DNA from: an uncultured Chloroflexia bacterium | GTDB taxonomy: Bacteria; Chloroflexota; Anaerolineae; JAAYZQ01 | Reading direction: 5' to 3' | Assembly: GCA_963700285.1 (NCBI GenBank) | Contig: CAVOXA010000001.1 | Span: 192,001-256,000, forward strand | DNA length: 64,000 nt | Part shown: in pieces, positions 1-13,123 of the stretch | How the letters are laid out: every line of letters begins with the position of its first letter | Numbering within the stretch: the stretch's first letter is position 1 | Notes under the pieces: generated by a model | Seen by the model: the letters and a program-made list of their open reading frames with translations, nothing else | Databases searched by the model: none | Told to the model about the DNA's origin: nothing | Position numbers and translations under genes: made by a program

Positions 1-3
1 AAG

Positions 4-1230
4 GTGATCGTGCACCGTCCGGGCCTTGAACTCAAGCGTCTGACGCCATCGAATCACGATGACCTGCTGTTCGACGATGTGTTATGGGTCGAACGCGCCC
101 AATGGGAGCATGATCAGTTCGTCAAGGTGATGCGCGAGCGTGGGATCGAGGTATACGACCACCAGGAACTGCTGGCCGAAGCCCTGGCTGCATCTGAGGA
201 GGCCCGCAAAAAGGTCATCGATCTGGTTGCCTCAGAGTATACGGTCGGCTGGTCGATCGTGGATGAGGTCCGAGATGTCCTATGGACCCTGAGACCGGGC
301 GCGCTGGCCAGGCACCTGGTCGGCGGGTTGACCGTCGGCGAGTTGGAGATCTTGGGCTTTGATCTGGCAAGATTCAGGCAGGTCTCCCTGGCTGTGGCTG
401 CGCTGGATGATCCGGGCTTTTTTGTGCTGCCTCCGGCGCCGAACACACTCTTTCAACGAGACCCTTCGTGCTGGATCTATAACGGCGTCACGGTCAACCC
501 GATGTACTGGCCGGCCCGCCGCCGGGAAGCGCTGAATATGCTCGCCATCTACCGCTACCACCCCATGTTCAGGGAAGCTGACTTTGAGTTCTGGTACCCG
601 GAGCAGGGCGATGACGGCCGATTCAACGTCCATGATTTTGGGCGGGCCTCGCTCGAAGGCGGCGATGTAATGCCCATCGGCAATGGTACGGTGCTCATCG
701 GCATGAGCGAGCGTACCCAGGGGCGCATGATCGAACAGGTGGCCAGGGCGCTCTTTGAGAAGGGCGCCGCCGAACGGGTGATCGCCGCTGTGATGACCAA
801 GGATCGCGCCCACATGCACCTGGACACCGTCTTTACCCTGCTCGACCGCGACATCGCGACCGCCTTTCCCAGCGTGGTCAACAATATCCGGGCCATCAGC
901 CTGCGTCCAGGCAAGAAGCCGGGAGACTTTTGCGTTACGGAAGAAGAGAGCTTCCTTTCGGCGGTGGCCGATGCGCTCCAGGTCAAAAAGCTTACCATCG
1001 TCGAGACGGGTGGTGATGAGTACCAGATGCAGCGCGAGCAGTGGGATGACGCCAACAACACCGTCGCCTTGGAGCCGGGTGTGGTCGTGTCCTACGAGCG
1101 CAACACCTACACCATAACCAAGATGCGCCAGGCCGGCGTTAAAGTGATCGCCATTGCCGGATTCGAGCTGGGTAAGGGGCGCGGCGGCGGGCACTGCATG
1201 ACCTGTCCCATACTGCGTGATGGGATTTGA
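4..1230 (+). CDS. arcA: Arginine deiminase (copy 1; N-terminus probably lies before the window)
   Basis: LLFDD, FQRD, LEGGD, HLDT and the C-terminal [11 protein letters not shown] catalytic Cys motif; aligns with copy 2 from its residue ~18. Confidence 0.95.
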   Translation: MIVHRPGLELKRLTPSNHDDLLFDDVLWVERAQWEHDQFVKVMRERGIEVYDHQELLAEALAASEEARKKVIDLVASEYTVGWSIVDEVRDVLWTLRPGALARHLVGGLTVGELEILGFDLARFRQVSLAVAALDDPGFFVLPPAPNTLFQRDPSCWIYNGVTVNPMYWPARRREALNMLAIYRYHPMFREADFEFWYPEQGDDGRFNVHDFGRASLEGGDVMPIGNGTVLIGMSERTQGRMIEQVARALFEKGAAERVIAAVMTKDRAHMHLDTVFTLLDRDIATAFPSVVNNIRAISLRPGKKPGDFCVTEEESFLSAVADALQVKKLTIVETGGDEYQMQREQWDDANNTVALEPGVVVSYERNTYTITKMRQAGVKVIAIAGFELGKGRGGGHCMTCPILRDGI

Positions 1231-1533
1231 GGGGACATGCCAGGAAGGTTGGGAGCGGCCTTGCGGCGGAGGGCGGTCTCCTTCTCTGAGAGCGACCGGC
1301 CCAGTGACCGACGGGGTGCAGCAGCACGAGCACCGCCGGAAGCCAGGCAGCCGGCTCAGGCACGGCCATTTTCACCGGCACGCTGCCCGACAGAATCCAA
1401 GAGCGTGGCCGGGTCCATCAACGGAATCGTACCCTATGCGCCACGCAGGGCGTAACGCGGATGGTTTCCAGCAGGCAGATGGCTCGTGTGGAAACCACGG
1501 AACAAAAGTCGAATTAGTGACAAGGGAGGCACC

Positions 1534-2340
1534 ATGGCAAAGAAAAAGAACAAAGAGAAGGACAAGAACAAGATAGAGCGCAAGGAGTTCGAAAAAGAAC
1601 TGGAAAAGTTCCAGGTCGAGCTGGTCAAGATGCAGGAATGGGTCAAGGTCAGTGGGGCCAAAATCTGCGTGATCTTTGAAGGGCGCGATACCGCCGGCAA
1701 GGGCGGAGTCATCAAGCGCATCACCGAGCGGGTCAGCCCGCGCGTCTTCCGTGTGGTCGCTTTGTCCGCGCCGACAGAACGGGAGAAATCGCAGATGTAC
1801 TTCCAACGCTACATGCCCCATCTGCCGGCCGCCGGCGAAGTAGTGCTCTTTGACCGTAGCTGGTACAACCGGGCCGGCGTCGAACGGGTGATGGGCTTCG
1901 CCACCGAGGAGCAGGTCGAGACCTTCCTCAGGTACGTCCCAGCCGTCGAACAGGCGATCATCGGCTCGGGCATCATCCTGATCAAGTACTGGCTGGAAGT
2001 TGACATGGATGAGCAGGCCAAGCGATTCAAAGAGCGCAACGTGGACTATCGCAAGATCTGGAAGCTCAGCCCAATGGACCTGGAAGCCCAGCACCGGTGG
2101 TACGACTATTCTCGGGCGCGTGACGCCATGTTCGCGGCGACGGACACCCCGGAAAGCCCCTGGTATGTGGTGCCCTCCAACGACCAGCGCCGGGCGCGAT
2201 TGAACTGCATCGCGCACTTCTTGAGCCTGATCCCGTATGAAGAGGTGCCGCGCACACCGATCGAGTTCCCGGAGCGCCAGGCGAGGGGGGACTATGTGGA
2301 ACCCGATTATCCCTACCACTACGTCCCAGAGAAGTATTGA
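1534..2340 (+). CDS. ppk2: Polyphosphate kinase 2 (single domain)
   Basis: Walker A EGRDTAGKGG, FDRSWYNR, WKLSPMD; RBS GGAGG before ATG at 1534. Confidence 0.93.
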   Translation: MAKKKNKEKDKNKIERKEFEKELEKFQVELVKMQEWVKVSGAKICVIFEGRDTAGKGGVIKRITERVSPRVFRVVALSAPTEREKSQMYFQRYMPHLPAAGEVVLFDRSWYNRAGVERVMGFATEEQVETFLRYVPAVEQAIIGSGIILIKYWLEVDMDEQAKRFKERNVDYRKIWKLSPMDLEAQHRWYDYSRARDAMFAATDTPESPWYVVPSNDQRRARLNCIAHFLSLIPYEEVPRTPIEFPERQARGDYVEPDYPYHYVPEKY

Positions 2341-2352
2341 CAGGAGGAAAAG

Positions 2353-5158
<2,806 letters not shown>

Positions 5159-5180
5159 ATCAGATCTAGAGGAGACAGAA

Positions 5181-5981
5181 ATGACAGAAGAAACCTGGAA
5201 TGAAGAAGAGGAATTGGCCTTGGATCTTGGGGTTGCCGCCGAAATCACGGCTATGGACGGCCTGGACGATCTGGCCGATGCCGCGGACATGATGGCCGCT
5301 GCCGAGGACGCTGCCACGGTGGCGGCCGTCGCCGAAGCGGCCGCCGTCGAGGATCTCACCCGGGCGGTGGATGCCGAGATCGTGGCCGTACGGCTGGCGC
5401 AGTTGAGCGAAGTAGTGGCCGATGCGGGCATCGTGGACGTGGCCCAGGGGGCGGCGATGCTGGCCGCCTCCGACGACATCCAGGCCATCAGCGCCGCAGT
5501 GGGGCTCATGAGCGCCGAGGACCTGGAGACCGGCATGGAGGTGGCCAGGACGGCCGGCGAGCTGTGGGCCGTGAGCGACGTGGTCGACCTGCTGGAGATG
5601 CCGGTGCTGGCCGCCTTCCTGGAGTCACGCGGCGAGCGGCTGCAGACTGTGGCCGTGGACATGATCCTGCGAGCGGCGGGCACGCGGGCGCTGTCGCGGG
5701 TGCTGGCTGCAGAGGGCGATGCGGTGGCCGACCTGGGCGCCGAGGAGGTGGTCGAAGGCATGGTGCGCGCCGCAGCCTCGGAGGCCATGGCCGAACGGAG
5801 CGAAGAGCTGGCCGTCGCCGGCGTCATGCTGGCGGACCGGGGCATGGCCGAGGCGGAAGTGGCCGGATTGGCAGCCGACGTTGCCGCGGAGCTGGCCCAG
5901 GACAGCCTCGCCACAGCAGCCGTGGGCGGCGCCGAGCTGGGCGCCGCAGATGTGATGGACGCCGCTGCCAAAGAACGCTAA
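5181..5981 (+). CDS. Hypothetical Ala/Glu/Asp-rich acidic helical protein
   Basis: RBS GAGGAG, coding-like codon use, starts 22 bp after the ATPase stop; only one Lys and no Cys, His or Tyr. Confidence 0.75.
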   Translation: MTEETWNEEEELALDLGVAAEITAMDGLDDLADAADMMAAAEDAATVAAVAEAAAVEDLTRAVDAEIVAVRLAQLSEVVADAGIVDVAQGAAMLAASDDIQAISAAVGLMSAEDLETGMEVARTAGELWAVSDVVDLLEMPVLAAFLESRGERLQTVAVDMILRAAGTRALSRVLAAEGDAVADLGAEEVVEGMVRAAASEAMAERSEELAVAGVMLADRGMAEAEVAGLAADVAAELAQDSLATAAVGGAELGAADVMDAAAKER

Positions 5982-6007
5982 GAAGCATCAAGATAGCAGA
6001 TCTGAGG

Positions 6008-6042
6008 GTGGCTGGCGCCGCCATGATTGGCGCGCCAGCCAC
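6008..6042. terminator. GC-rich stem-loop closing the ppk2-ATPase-acidic protein unit
   Basis: GTGGCTGGCG...CGCCAGCCAC inverted repeat; no clear U-tract. Confidence 0.45.
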
Positions 6043-6277
6043 TACTGATACTACAACGAATGGAGAAATCAACGAATTGTCCTGCACTGCGGCCCTTCGT
6101 TTCTTTCTAAATTCGGTGTAGTATCCCAAGTCAACCACTTACAGATTCCCTCTGCCGATCCCCGGCTCCCCTTCGAACTAGACGGCGCTTCTACCGCTCG
6201 TTTGCGGCAGCCGAAGGCCCTCGTTGAACCCTCGTTCAAACGGCTTTGTCACCCTTGCCGTACTTATTCTCCCCCAG

Positions 6278-6306
6278 TTGCTTTTTGGGCCAAACTCGTG
6301 TAAAAT
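6278..6306 (+). promoter_or_regulatory. Putative sigma70 promoter of the MalT-like regulator
   Basis: TTGCTT-17 bp-TAAAAT. Confidence 0.45.
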
Positions 6307-6359
6307 CTCGGGCAGGGTTTTGCTCCAACTGTAAGTCAAGGAACTCTGCAGGTATAGCT

Positions 6360-9143
6360 GTGACGGCATCGGACACCGAGATACCTACAATCGAACCCAT
6401 AATCATCCTAAAGGCCAAGCTAAACCGGCCCAGCGTAACGCGCGAGCTACTTGTCCGTCCGCGCCTGCTGGATCTGCTCAACAGCGGCCTCCACCGCCGG
6501 CTGACCGTGGTCTCTGCTCCGGCTGGCTTTGGCAAGACGACCCTCGTCAGCTCGTGGCTCGACGGCATGGCCGCAACCAATGAGGGGGATCCTGCATCCC
6601 TGCCTGCGGTGTGGCTGTCGCTGGACGAACACGACAGCGACCTGGCCATCTTTCTGTCCTACTTGATTGCCGCCCTCCGCCAACCCTTCCCCAGCGCGGC
6701 TTCAGAGACCCTGGCGCTCTTGCAGGCGCCGCAGCAACCGCCCACGGGAATGCTCTTCACTACGCTCAACAACGAGATAGAGGCCCTCCCCAGGGAGTTT
6801 GTGCTGGTGCTGGACGACTACCATCTCCTGAGCGGTCAGGATGTCCATGACTTCACCGATAGTCTGGTGCGCTATTGCCCGCGCCCCCTGCATCTGGTGT
6901 TGATTTCGCGCGTCGATCCTCCACTTCCACTGGTGAGCCTGCAAGCCAGGGCCAAGATCAGCATGATACGCACAGCAGACTTGAGGTTCAATAGCGAGGA
7001 GATAGCCACATACCTTGATCGGGCGCTCGAAATACCGCTCGGCCAGCAGGACCGTGCCCTGTTGGGGCAGCGAACCGGGGGGTGGATCGCCGCCCTACGG
7101 CTGGCCACGCTGTCGCTGCGCAGTACCATCGATGTCGAAGGCGTTCCGCACATTCTGGCGCGCACTGGAAGGAGCATTTCCGACTATTTGCAGGATGAGA
7201 TTCTTGAGCAGCAGGTACCCGCAATCCAGACCTTCCTGCTCAAAAGCTCCATCCTGGAACCTTTCTGTCCTTCGCTGTGCGAAGCGGTCGTCGGGCCGAG
7301 CGACCCGGCATGGAGCGTTCACGCATGCGTCGATTGGCTCGAACGCGCAGACCTCTTGGTTTCCTACCAGGATGAGCGCAGGACATGGTATCGCTATCAC
7401 GCGCTGTTGCGTGACTTTCTCCGGGAGAGACTGCGAACCAGACTCGGGGAAGAAGTGGCGGCCGGCTTGCACCACAAGGCTGCGACCTGGTTCGCACAAG
7501 AAGGCATGCTGCACGAAGCCGTGCGGCACGCGCTGGAGGGCAGGAATCACGACCTGGCTGCCTCACTCATCGAAGAAAGGCTGAGCGACGAAATCAGCCA
7601 TGAGGACCAGGCCAGGCTGGAACACTGGCTGGCCGTACTGCCGGAAGAGATTGTCGAGCGCCGGCCCTCGCTCCTGATGTTGAAGGCGTGGGCTTTGGAA
7701 CACTCATGGCAACTCGGCAGACAGTCGAAGGTGGTGTCTCAAGTGGAAGCGCTGATAGAGGAGGACGGCGGAGCAGCTTTATCGCCGGAGGAGGTGCGCC
7801 TCCTGCGCGGGCAAGTCCTGGCACTCCAAGGCCAGTACGCGTACCTTAGCAACGAAGCGGCCCGCTGCGTGGCCTGTTGCGAAGAGGCGCTGGCACTCCT
7901 GCCAACCTCCTGGACATACCCGCGCGCTGGCGCCATGCTCTTCTGGGGCATGGGTATGGGAGCCATGGGTCAGGACCAGGCAGCCGAGCGCGTGCTGCTC
8001 GACGAGTACGAGTCTCTGGACGACAAGCTGACCGGCTATGCACTCCGTATCCTGGTGGCTCAGTGCTTCAACTACTTCAACACCGGCCACCTCGAGCTGA
8101 CCCGTCAAACCGCCCAGGTGCTGCTCCAACAGGCTATCCGCGGCGGGTTGGTAGTTATCCGAGGGTGGGCCCACATGTTATTGGGCATCGTGTCCTATCA
8201 GTGGAACGATCTGGATCGAGCCGGTTCGCACTTGGCAGACATCGTCGGCCAGCGCTACCTGGGCCAAGCCCTCACCGCGTACCATGGCATGGCATGCCTG
8301 GCGTTGGTCCATCAGGCCCGTGGCGAGAGCGCCGAGGCCTGGCGGCTGGTGGAACTCCTCAGTGGCTTTCAGGTGGAGCAGAGGGGGTATGAACAGGACG
8401 ACACCCGCTCCCTGCGCGCCAGGCTGATGCTCGCCCAGGGCGATCGGGAAGGGGCGTTCCGCTGGGCGGATGTATTCACCGCTGCAGTGCCAGATGGACC
8501 GCTGTGGTGGGTAGAGGTGCCGCACATCACCAGGGCACGCATCCTGTTGGCGCGGAATCGTGCGGACGACGTGCGTTTGGCGCTGCAGATCCTGGCTGAG
8601 CTCCTCGAGATTGCCGAACGAACCCATAATACGCGTGCCAAAATCACCATCTTGGCACTGCGTGCGCTGGCGCTGGACGCCCAAGGGCAGACTGAGGACG
8701 CCTTTCTTGCGCTGCGAGAGGCTGTCGACTTGGCGCGACCCGGTGGCTTCCTTCGGGTCTTTGTCGACCTGGGCCCGCCTATGGAGGAGCTGCTGGGCCA
8801 GCTTGCCGGACAAGGCTCTGCCGCAGAGCCCGTGCGTCGAATTCTGGCTGCCTTCCCGGGCGACACACCGGCGGTGACCGGCGATATACAAGCGCCACCC
8901 CGGCAGAGCGACGGTTCGGCATCCAGCATTCCGGGTCTCATCGAACCCTTGACCCCCCGCGAACTGGAGGTCCTGGCGCTGCTGCGTGAGCCCATGTCGC
9001 CCCAGGAGATCGCTCGCCAGCTCGACATCTCTTATTTGACCGTGAAACGCCATTCGATCAACCTTTACGGGAAGCTCGGCGTCAATGCGCGCTGGGACGC
9101 AATAAACAGGGCCATCGAGCTAAAGATCCTGCCTCCGCGCTAG
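6360..9143 (+). CDS. MalT-like STAND-family LuxR transcriptional regulator (NTPase-TPR-LuxR HTH)
   Basis: KLNRP..RPRL, APAGFGKTT Walker A, LVLDDYH Walker B, YRYHALL, C-terminal LTPRELEVL HTH; probable GTG start at 6360. Confidence 0.92.
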   Translation: MTASDTEIPTIEPIIILKAKLNRPSVTRELLVRPRLLDLLNSGLHRRLTVVSAPAGFGKTTLVSSWLDGMAATNEGDPASLPAVWLSLDEHDSDLAIFLSYLIAALRQPFPSAASETLALLQAPQQPPTGMLFTTLNNEIEALPREFVLVLDDYHLLSGQDVHDFTDSLVRYCPRPLHLVLISRVDPPLPLVSLQARAKISMIRTADLRFNSEEIATYLDRALEIPLGQQDRALLGQRTGGWIAALRLATLSLRSTIDVEGVPHILARTGRSISDYLQDEILEQQVPAIQTFLLKSSILEPFCPSLCEAVVGPSDPAWSVHACVDWLERADLLVSYQDERRTWYRYHALLRDFLRERLRTRLGEEVAAGLHHKAATWFAQEGMLHEAVRHALEGRNHDLAASLIEERLSDEISHEDQARLEHWLAVLPEEIVERRPSLLMLKAWALEHSWQLGRQSKVVSQVEALIEEDGGAALSPEEVRLLRGQVLALQGQYAYLSNEAARCVACCEEALALLPTSWTYPRAGAMLFWGMGMGAMGQDQAAERVLLDEYESLDDKLTGYALRILVAQCFNYFNTGHLELTRQTAQVLLQQAIRGGLVVIRGWAHMLLGIVSYQWNDLDRAGSHLADIVGQRYLGQALTAYHGMACLALVHQARGESAEAWRLVELLSGFQVEQRGYEQDDTRSLRARLMLAQGDREGAFRWADVFTAAVPDGPLWWVEVPHITRARILLARNRADDVRLALQILAELLEIAERTHNTRAKITILALRALALDAQGQTEDAFLALREAVDLARPGGFLRVFVDLGPPMEELLGQLAGQGSAAEPVRRILAAFPGDTPAVTGDIQAPPRQSDGSASSIPGLIEPLTPRELEVLALLREPMSPQEIARQLDISYLTVKRHSINLYGKLGVNARWDAINRAIELKILPPR

Positions 9144-9149
9144 CCTCAC

Positions 9150-9269
9150 TGCACCTTTCTGCGGCCCACAGGCAGCCCCCGGGTCGCAGCGAAATACCAT
9201 TCTACACCCTTTTGCACCCCAAATTGCACCTTCTCGATGGTATCGCCCTGCGCGCGACCAAGATATACT
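9150..9269 (+). promoter_or_regulatory. Phased T(A/G)CACC repeats plus TATACT -10 box: putative activator-dependent promoter
   Basis: AATACC 9193, TACACC 9203, TGCACC 9213 and 9225 (also 9150); inverted ATACCAT/ATGGTAT at 9194/9237; TATACT 9264-9269 with no -35 box. Confidence 0.55.
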
Positions 9270-9271
9270 CT

Positions 9272-9365
9272 ATGCTATGGATCACCAAAACCGACGAGTT
9301 GGCTCACAGGTGTGCTGACCGATGAAGAGTTCGGGGCTGCCAAGCAACAAATGCTGGCGGGCTGA
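9272..9365 (+). pseudogene. SHOCT-domain fragment
   Basis: Frame from 9309 reads GVLTDEEFGAAKQQMLAG*, matching the SHOCT consensus; no in-frame ATG nearby. Confidence 0.5.
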
Positions 9366-9723
9366 GGGGTTAGGACTTCCACACCGGTTGCTGAAAGGGA
9401 TTTAAGATGATCGAAGCTGGAACGATCCTCATTGCAGCAGGCTACCTGGCACTTGTGTTGGTGGCAGGCCTGCTGGCCAGGCGACCGGCTCGTGTGCCTG
9501 TTGCCGCTAAAATTCGAAAATAAAGGCAACGAGCCAATTCGCGCGGGCGGCCTCTGTCGTCTTGCCACTGATCTTGATTCCGACCGCGCCGATTGGGTAG
9601 AAGCAGCGATGCCGTGGCAGCAGACGCGGCAGATGTGCCAGCGTCCTGAAGTGCTCGAGATTGATAGCATATGGTCACGGAAACCTGGGGGTTCAAACCA
9701 AAATAGAGATAAGGGGAAGGTGT

Positions 9724-9975
9724 ATGACCATCAGTCAATATGAGTTTGACTCGCCGGGCACGTACCGGATCCAGGTTAGTGGAACCTTGGACAGTGCATG
9801 GTCCGATCGGCTGGGGGGCATGACCATCACCACCGGGAACGAGGGGGACGATCCACCCGTGACCACGCTGTACGGCGAGTTGGCGGACGAGGCCGCCCTG
9901 GCCGGCGTGCTGAGCGCCCTCTATAACCTGGGCTGCTCGTTGCAGTCGATGAAAAAGATCAAGGAGAAGCGATAG
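9724..9975 (+). CDS. Small ACT-like/ferredoxin-fold protein of the type found next to MalT-like regulators
   Basis: YRIQVSGTLDSAWSDRLGGM...TTLYGELADEAALAGVLSALYNLG pattern; purine-rich RBS. Confidence 0.75.
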   Translation: MTISQYEFDSPGTYRIQVSGTLDSAWSDRLGGMTITTGNEGDDPPVTTLYGELADEAALAGVLSALYNLGCSLQSMKKIKEKR

Positions 9976-10069
9976 ATCGGAAAGGAGATGCGCGCCATCA
10001 CCGAAGCGGCGCAGCAAATGTATCCAAGGGTGTCGGAAACTGAATCGCATCAGAAGGGAGAGTTTTAGC

Positions 10070-11557
10070 ATGTCAGAAGAGAAAAAGGGTTTCAGGTTCC
10101 CAACCGCCTACACCATCCTGTTCCTCCTGATCATCATCGTGGTCATTGCCACCTGGGTGGTTCCAGCCGGGCAGTACGAGCGGAACGAAGATGGGGAGCC
10201 GATCCCGGGCACCTACCACCAGGTGGAGTCCAACCCGCAGAAGATCATTGCCGATGGCCTGATGGCGCCCATCAACGGGATGTACGGCCTCCAGGGGGAG
10301 GACGGCAGCGTCAGCGTCTACAACGCTGGCGACCTCTACGGAGCCATCGACGTGGCCCTCTTTGTCCTGGTTATCGGCGGCTTTTTGGCCATCACCATGG
10401 CTACCGGCGCCATTGACGCCGGCATCGGCAAGATCACCGTCGCGCTGAAGGGCAAAGAAAAGTGGATGATCGCCATCCTGATGGCTGTTTTTGCCACCGG
10501 CGGCACCACATACGGCATGGCCGAGGAGACACTGGCCTTCTATGGCCTGATCATCGCGGTCATGATCGCGGCCGGCTATGATGCCGTGGTGGGCGTGGCC
10601 ACTGTCATGCTGGGCGCCGGCATCGGCACCCTGGCCTCAACGGTAAACCCCTTTGCCACCGGTGTGGCCTCGGCCTTTGCCGGCATATCGGTCGCAGATG
10701 GCCTGGTGTCGAGGCTGTTCATTCTCATCGTTGGTACCATCATCGGCATCATCTTTGTCACCCGTTACGCTGAAAAGGTGCGCAAGGATCCCTCCAAGTC
10801 GCTCGTCTATGACAAAAAGGAGGAGAACGAGAAGCACTTTTTGAAGAGCATGGGCACTGAGGCGATGCCCGAGTTTACGGGCCGGCGCAAGGTGGCATTG
10901 GGTCTCTTTGGCCTGGCCTTCCTGGTTATGATCTTTGGCGTCATCCCCTGGAATGACCTGGGGATCCCCCTCCCGCAGTTGAATTGGTGGTTCGGCGAAT
11001 TCGCGGCCATCTTTTTGGGTTTTGCCATCGTCATCGGCTACGTAGGCAAGGTTGGCGGCGAGGCGAAAATCTCCGAGATCTTTATCAACGGCGCCCGCGA
11101 TATGCTGGGTGTGGCCCTGATCATCGGCGTCGCCCGCGGCGTGAGCGTGATCATGAACAACGGCCTGATCGTCGACACGGTGCTGTCCTGGGCCGAAGCG
11201 GCTCTATCGAACGCAGGTGGCGTGGTATTTATCAACTTTACCCACCTGCTCTACCTGCCCCTCGGCTTTCTGATCCCCTCCTCGTCTGGCCTGGCCACGG
11301 TGACGATGCCCATCATGTCGCCCCTGGCGGATTTTGCCTCCGTAGATCGCAGCCTGGTCGTCACCGCCTTCCAGTCTGCCAGCGGTTTGCTCAATCTGGT
11401 CAATCCCACCTTTGCGGTGGTGATGGGCGGCCTGGCGCTGGGCCGGGTGGGCTATGACAAGTGGCTGCGCTTTACCCTGCCGCTGTTGATCATCCTTTTG
11501 ATCGTATACGCCGTCGTTTTGAGCATCGGCGTATTCCTGCCGGGTCAGATTTTCTAG
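10070..11557 (+). CDS. YfcC-family (ArcD-like) basic amino acid antiporter
   Basis: PTAYTILF, VPAGQY, GMAEET, TVNPFA, IPSSSG motifs; many TM helices; directly upstream of arcB. Confidence 0.88.
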   Translation: MSEEKKGFRFPTAYTILFLLIIIVVIATWVVPAGQYERNEDGEPIPGTYHQVESNPQKIIADGLMAPINGMYGLQGEDGSVSVYNAGDLYGAIDVALFVLVIGGFLAITMATGAIDAGIGKITVALKGKEKWMIAILMAVFATGGTTYGMAEETLAFYGLIIAVMIAAGYDAVVGVATVMLGAGIGTLASTVNPFATGVASAFAGISVADGLVSRLFILIVGTIIGIIFVTRYAEKVRKDPSKSLVYDKKEENEKHFLKSMGTEAMPEFTGRRKVALGLFGLAFLVMIFGVIPWNDLGIPLPQLNWWFGEFAAIFLGFAIVIGYVGKVGGEAKISEIFINGARDMLGVALIIGVARGVSVIMNNGLIVDTVLSWAEAALSNAGGVVFINFTHLLYLPLGFLIPSSSGLATVTMPIMSPLADFASVDRSLVVTAFQSASGLLNLVNPTFAVVMGGLALGRVGYDKWLRFTLPLLIILLIVYAVVLSIGVFLPGQIF

Positions 11558-11738
11558 CCAGGTACTCAACTTTGGGAGGAGGGCGTGTATGCTTCGAAGC
11601 CCACCGGAGTGACGATGGACCCTTCGACTGCGCTCCCCTCGGCAGCCCGGGGCAGGCAGGGCATGCGATGGACGAAACACGCAACACGAATGACAAAGGC
11701 TCATAGACCATTTTTTGACATTGAAAGGGAGGTTTGAA

Positions 11739-12740
11739 ATGGCATTCAATCTGCGCAACCGGAGTTTCCTGAAACTGCTGGACTTTACGCCCGAGGAGAT
11801 CAAGTTCCTCCTCAAGCTGTCGGCGGACCTCAAGGCGGCCAAGTACGGCGGCTACGAGGTGCCAACCTTGACGGGCAAGAACATTGCCCTCATCTTTGAA
11901 AAGTCGTCGACCCGCACCCGAACCTCTTTCGAGGTGGCGGCCTACGACCAGGGCGCCAACGTGACCTACCTGGGGCCGGGGGGCTCGCACATCGGCCACA
12001 AAGAGACGATGAAGGATACGGCCCGGGTGCTGGGCAGAACCTACGATGGCATCGAGTACCGGGGCTTTGCCCAGAAAACCGTCGAGACCCTGGCCGAGTA
12101 TGCCGGCGTGCCGGTGTGGAACGGCCTGACCGACGAGTTCCACCCCACCCAGATCCTGGCCGACGTGCTGACCATGACCGAACATACCTACAAGAACCTG
12201 CCCGAGATTGCCTACTGTTTCCTGGGCGACGCACGCAACAATATGGGCAACAGCCTGATGGTAGGCGGCTGCAAGCTGGGCATGGATGTGCGCTTGTGCG
12301 GCCCCAAGCACCTGTGGCCGGCGGAAGAACTCGTCGCCCAGTGCCGCGAGATTGCGGCCGAAACCGGCGCGCGGCTGACCCTGGCCGACGACGTGGCCGA
12401 GGCCGTCAAGGGCGCCGACTATCTCTACACCGACGTGTGGGTCTCCATGGGCGAGCCCGATTCCGTCTGGGAAGAGCGGGTCAAACTGCTCAAGCCCTAC
12501 CAGGTCAACGCCAAGGCCATGGAGCTAACCGGCAATCCCGACGCCAAGTTTATGCACTGCCTGCCGGCCTTCCACAACACCGAGACCGAGGTTGGCAAAG
12601 AGATGTACGAAAAGTTCGGGCTCGAGGGCATGGAGGTCACCGAAGAGGTCTTTGAATCCGCGGCCTCCATCGTCTTTGACGAGGCCGAAAACCGGATGCA
12701 CACCATCAAAGCCATCATGGTCGCTACGCTAGGAGACTAG
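11739..12740 (+). CDS. arcB: Ornithine carbamoyltransferase (catabolic context)
   Basis: STRTR, HPTQ, DVWVSMG, HCLPA motifs; RBS GGAGG. Confidence 0.95.
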   Translation: MAFNLRNRSFLKLLDFTPEEIKFLLKLSADLKAAKYGGYEVPTLTGKNIALIFEKSSTRTRTSFEVAAYDQGANVTYLGPGGSHIGHKETMKDTARVLGRTYDGIEYRGFAQKTVETLAEYAGVPVWNGLTDEFHPTQILADVLTMTEHTYKNLPEIAYCFLGDARNNMGNSLMVGGCKLGMDVRLCGPKHLWPAEELVAQCREIAAETGARLTLADDVAEAVKGADYLYTDVWVSMGEPDSVWEERVKLLKPYQVNAKAMELTGNPDAKFMHCLPAFHNTETEVGKEMYEKFGLEGMEVTEEVFESAASIVFDEAENRMHTIKAIMVATLGD

Positions 12741-12743
12741 CGG

Positions 12744-13109
12744 ATGATCAAGATCCTTCCTCAATCCTCACAGTCGTGCATTGGTGTGCTGGTGAGCGGC
12801 AGCATGACATCAGAAGATTACAAAGCATTGCTGCCCCTCCTGGACAAGGCCATCGCCGCATCTGGCAGGGTGAACCTGCTGGTCATGATGCGGGACTTTG
12901 AGGGCTGGGCGGGGCTGGAGCCGCTCACAACTGATTTCGAGCTTGGCGCAAACCAGTACCGGCAGGTAGAAAAGGCTGCTTTTGTCAGCAAACAGAAGTG
13001 GCTCGAGTGGGCGGTTTGGATCATGGACCCCGTTACCCGCCGCACCCACCAACGTTTTTTCAGCCCTGCCCAGCTTGAGGAAGCCTGGAAGTGGATCGAG
13101 GAAGAGTAG
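12744..13109 (+). CDS. STAS/SEC14 (SpoIIAA-like) domain protein
   Basis: SGSMTSEDY...[15 protein letters not shown]...EKAAFV...[14 protein letters not shown]. Confidence 0.8.
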   Translation: MIKILPQSSQSCIGVLVSGSMTSEDYKALLPLLDKAIAASGRVNLLVMMRDFEGWAGLEPLTTDFELGANQYRQVEKAAFVSKQKWLEWAVWIMDPVTRRTHQRFFSPAQLEEAWKWIEEE

Positions 13110-13123
13110 GAAGGAGAATGCTC

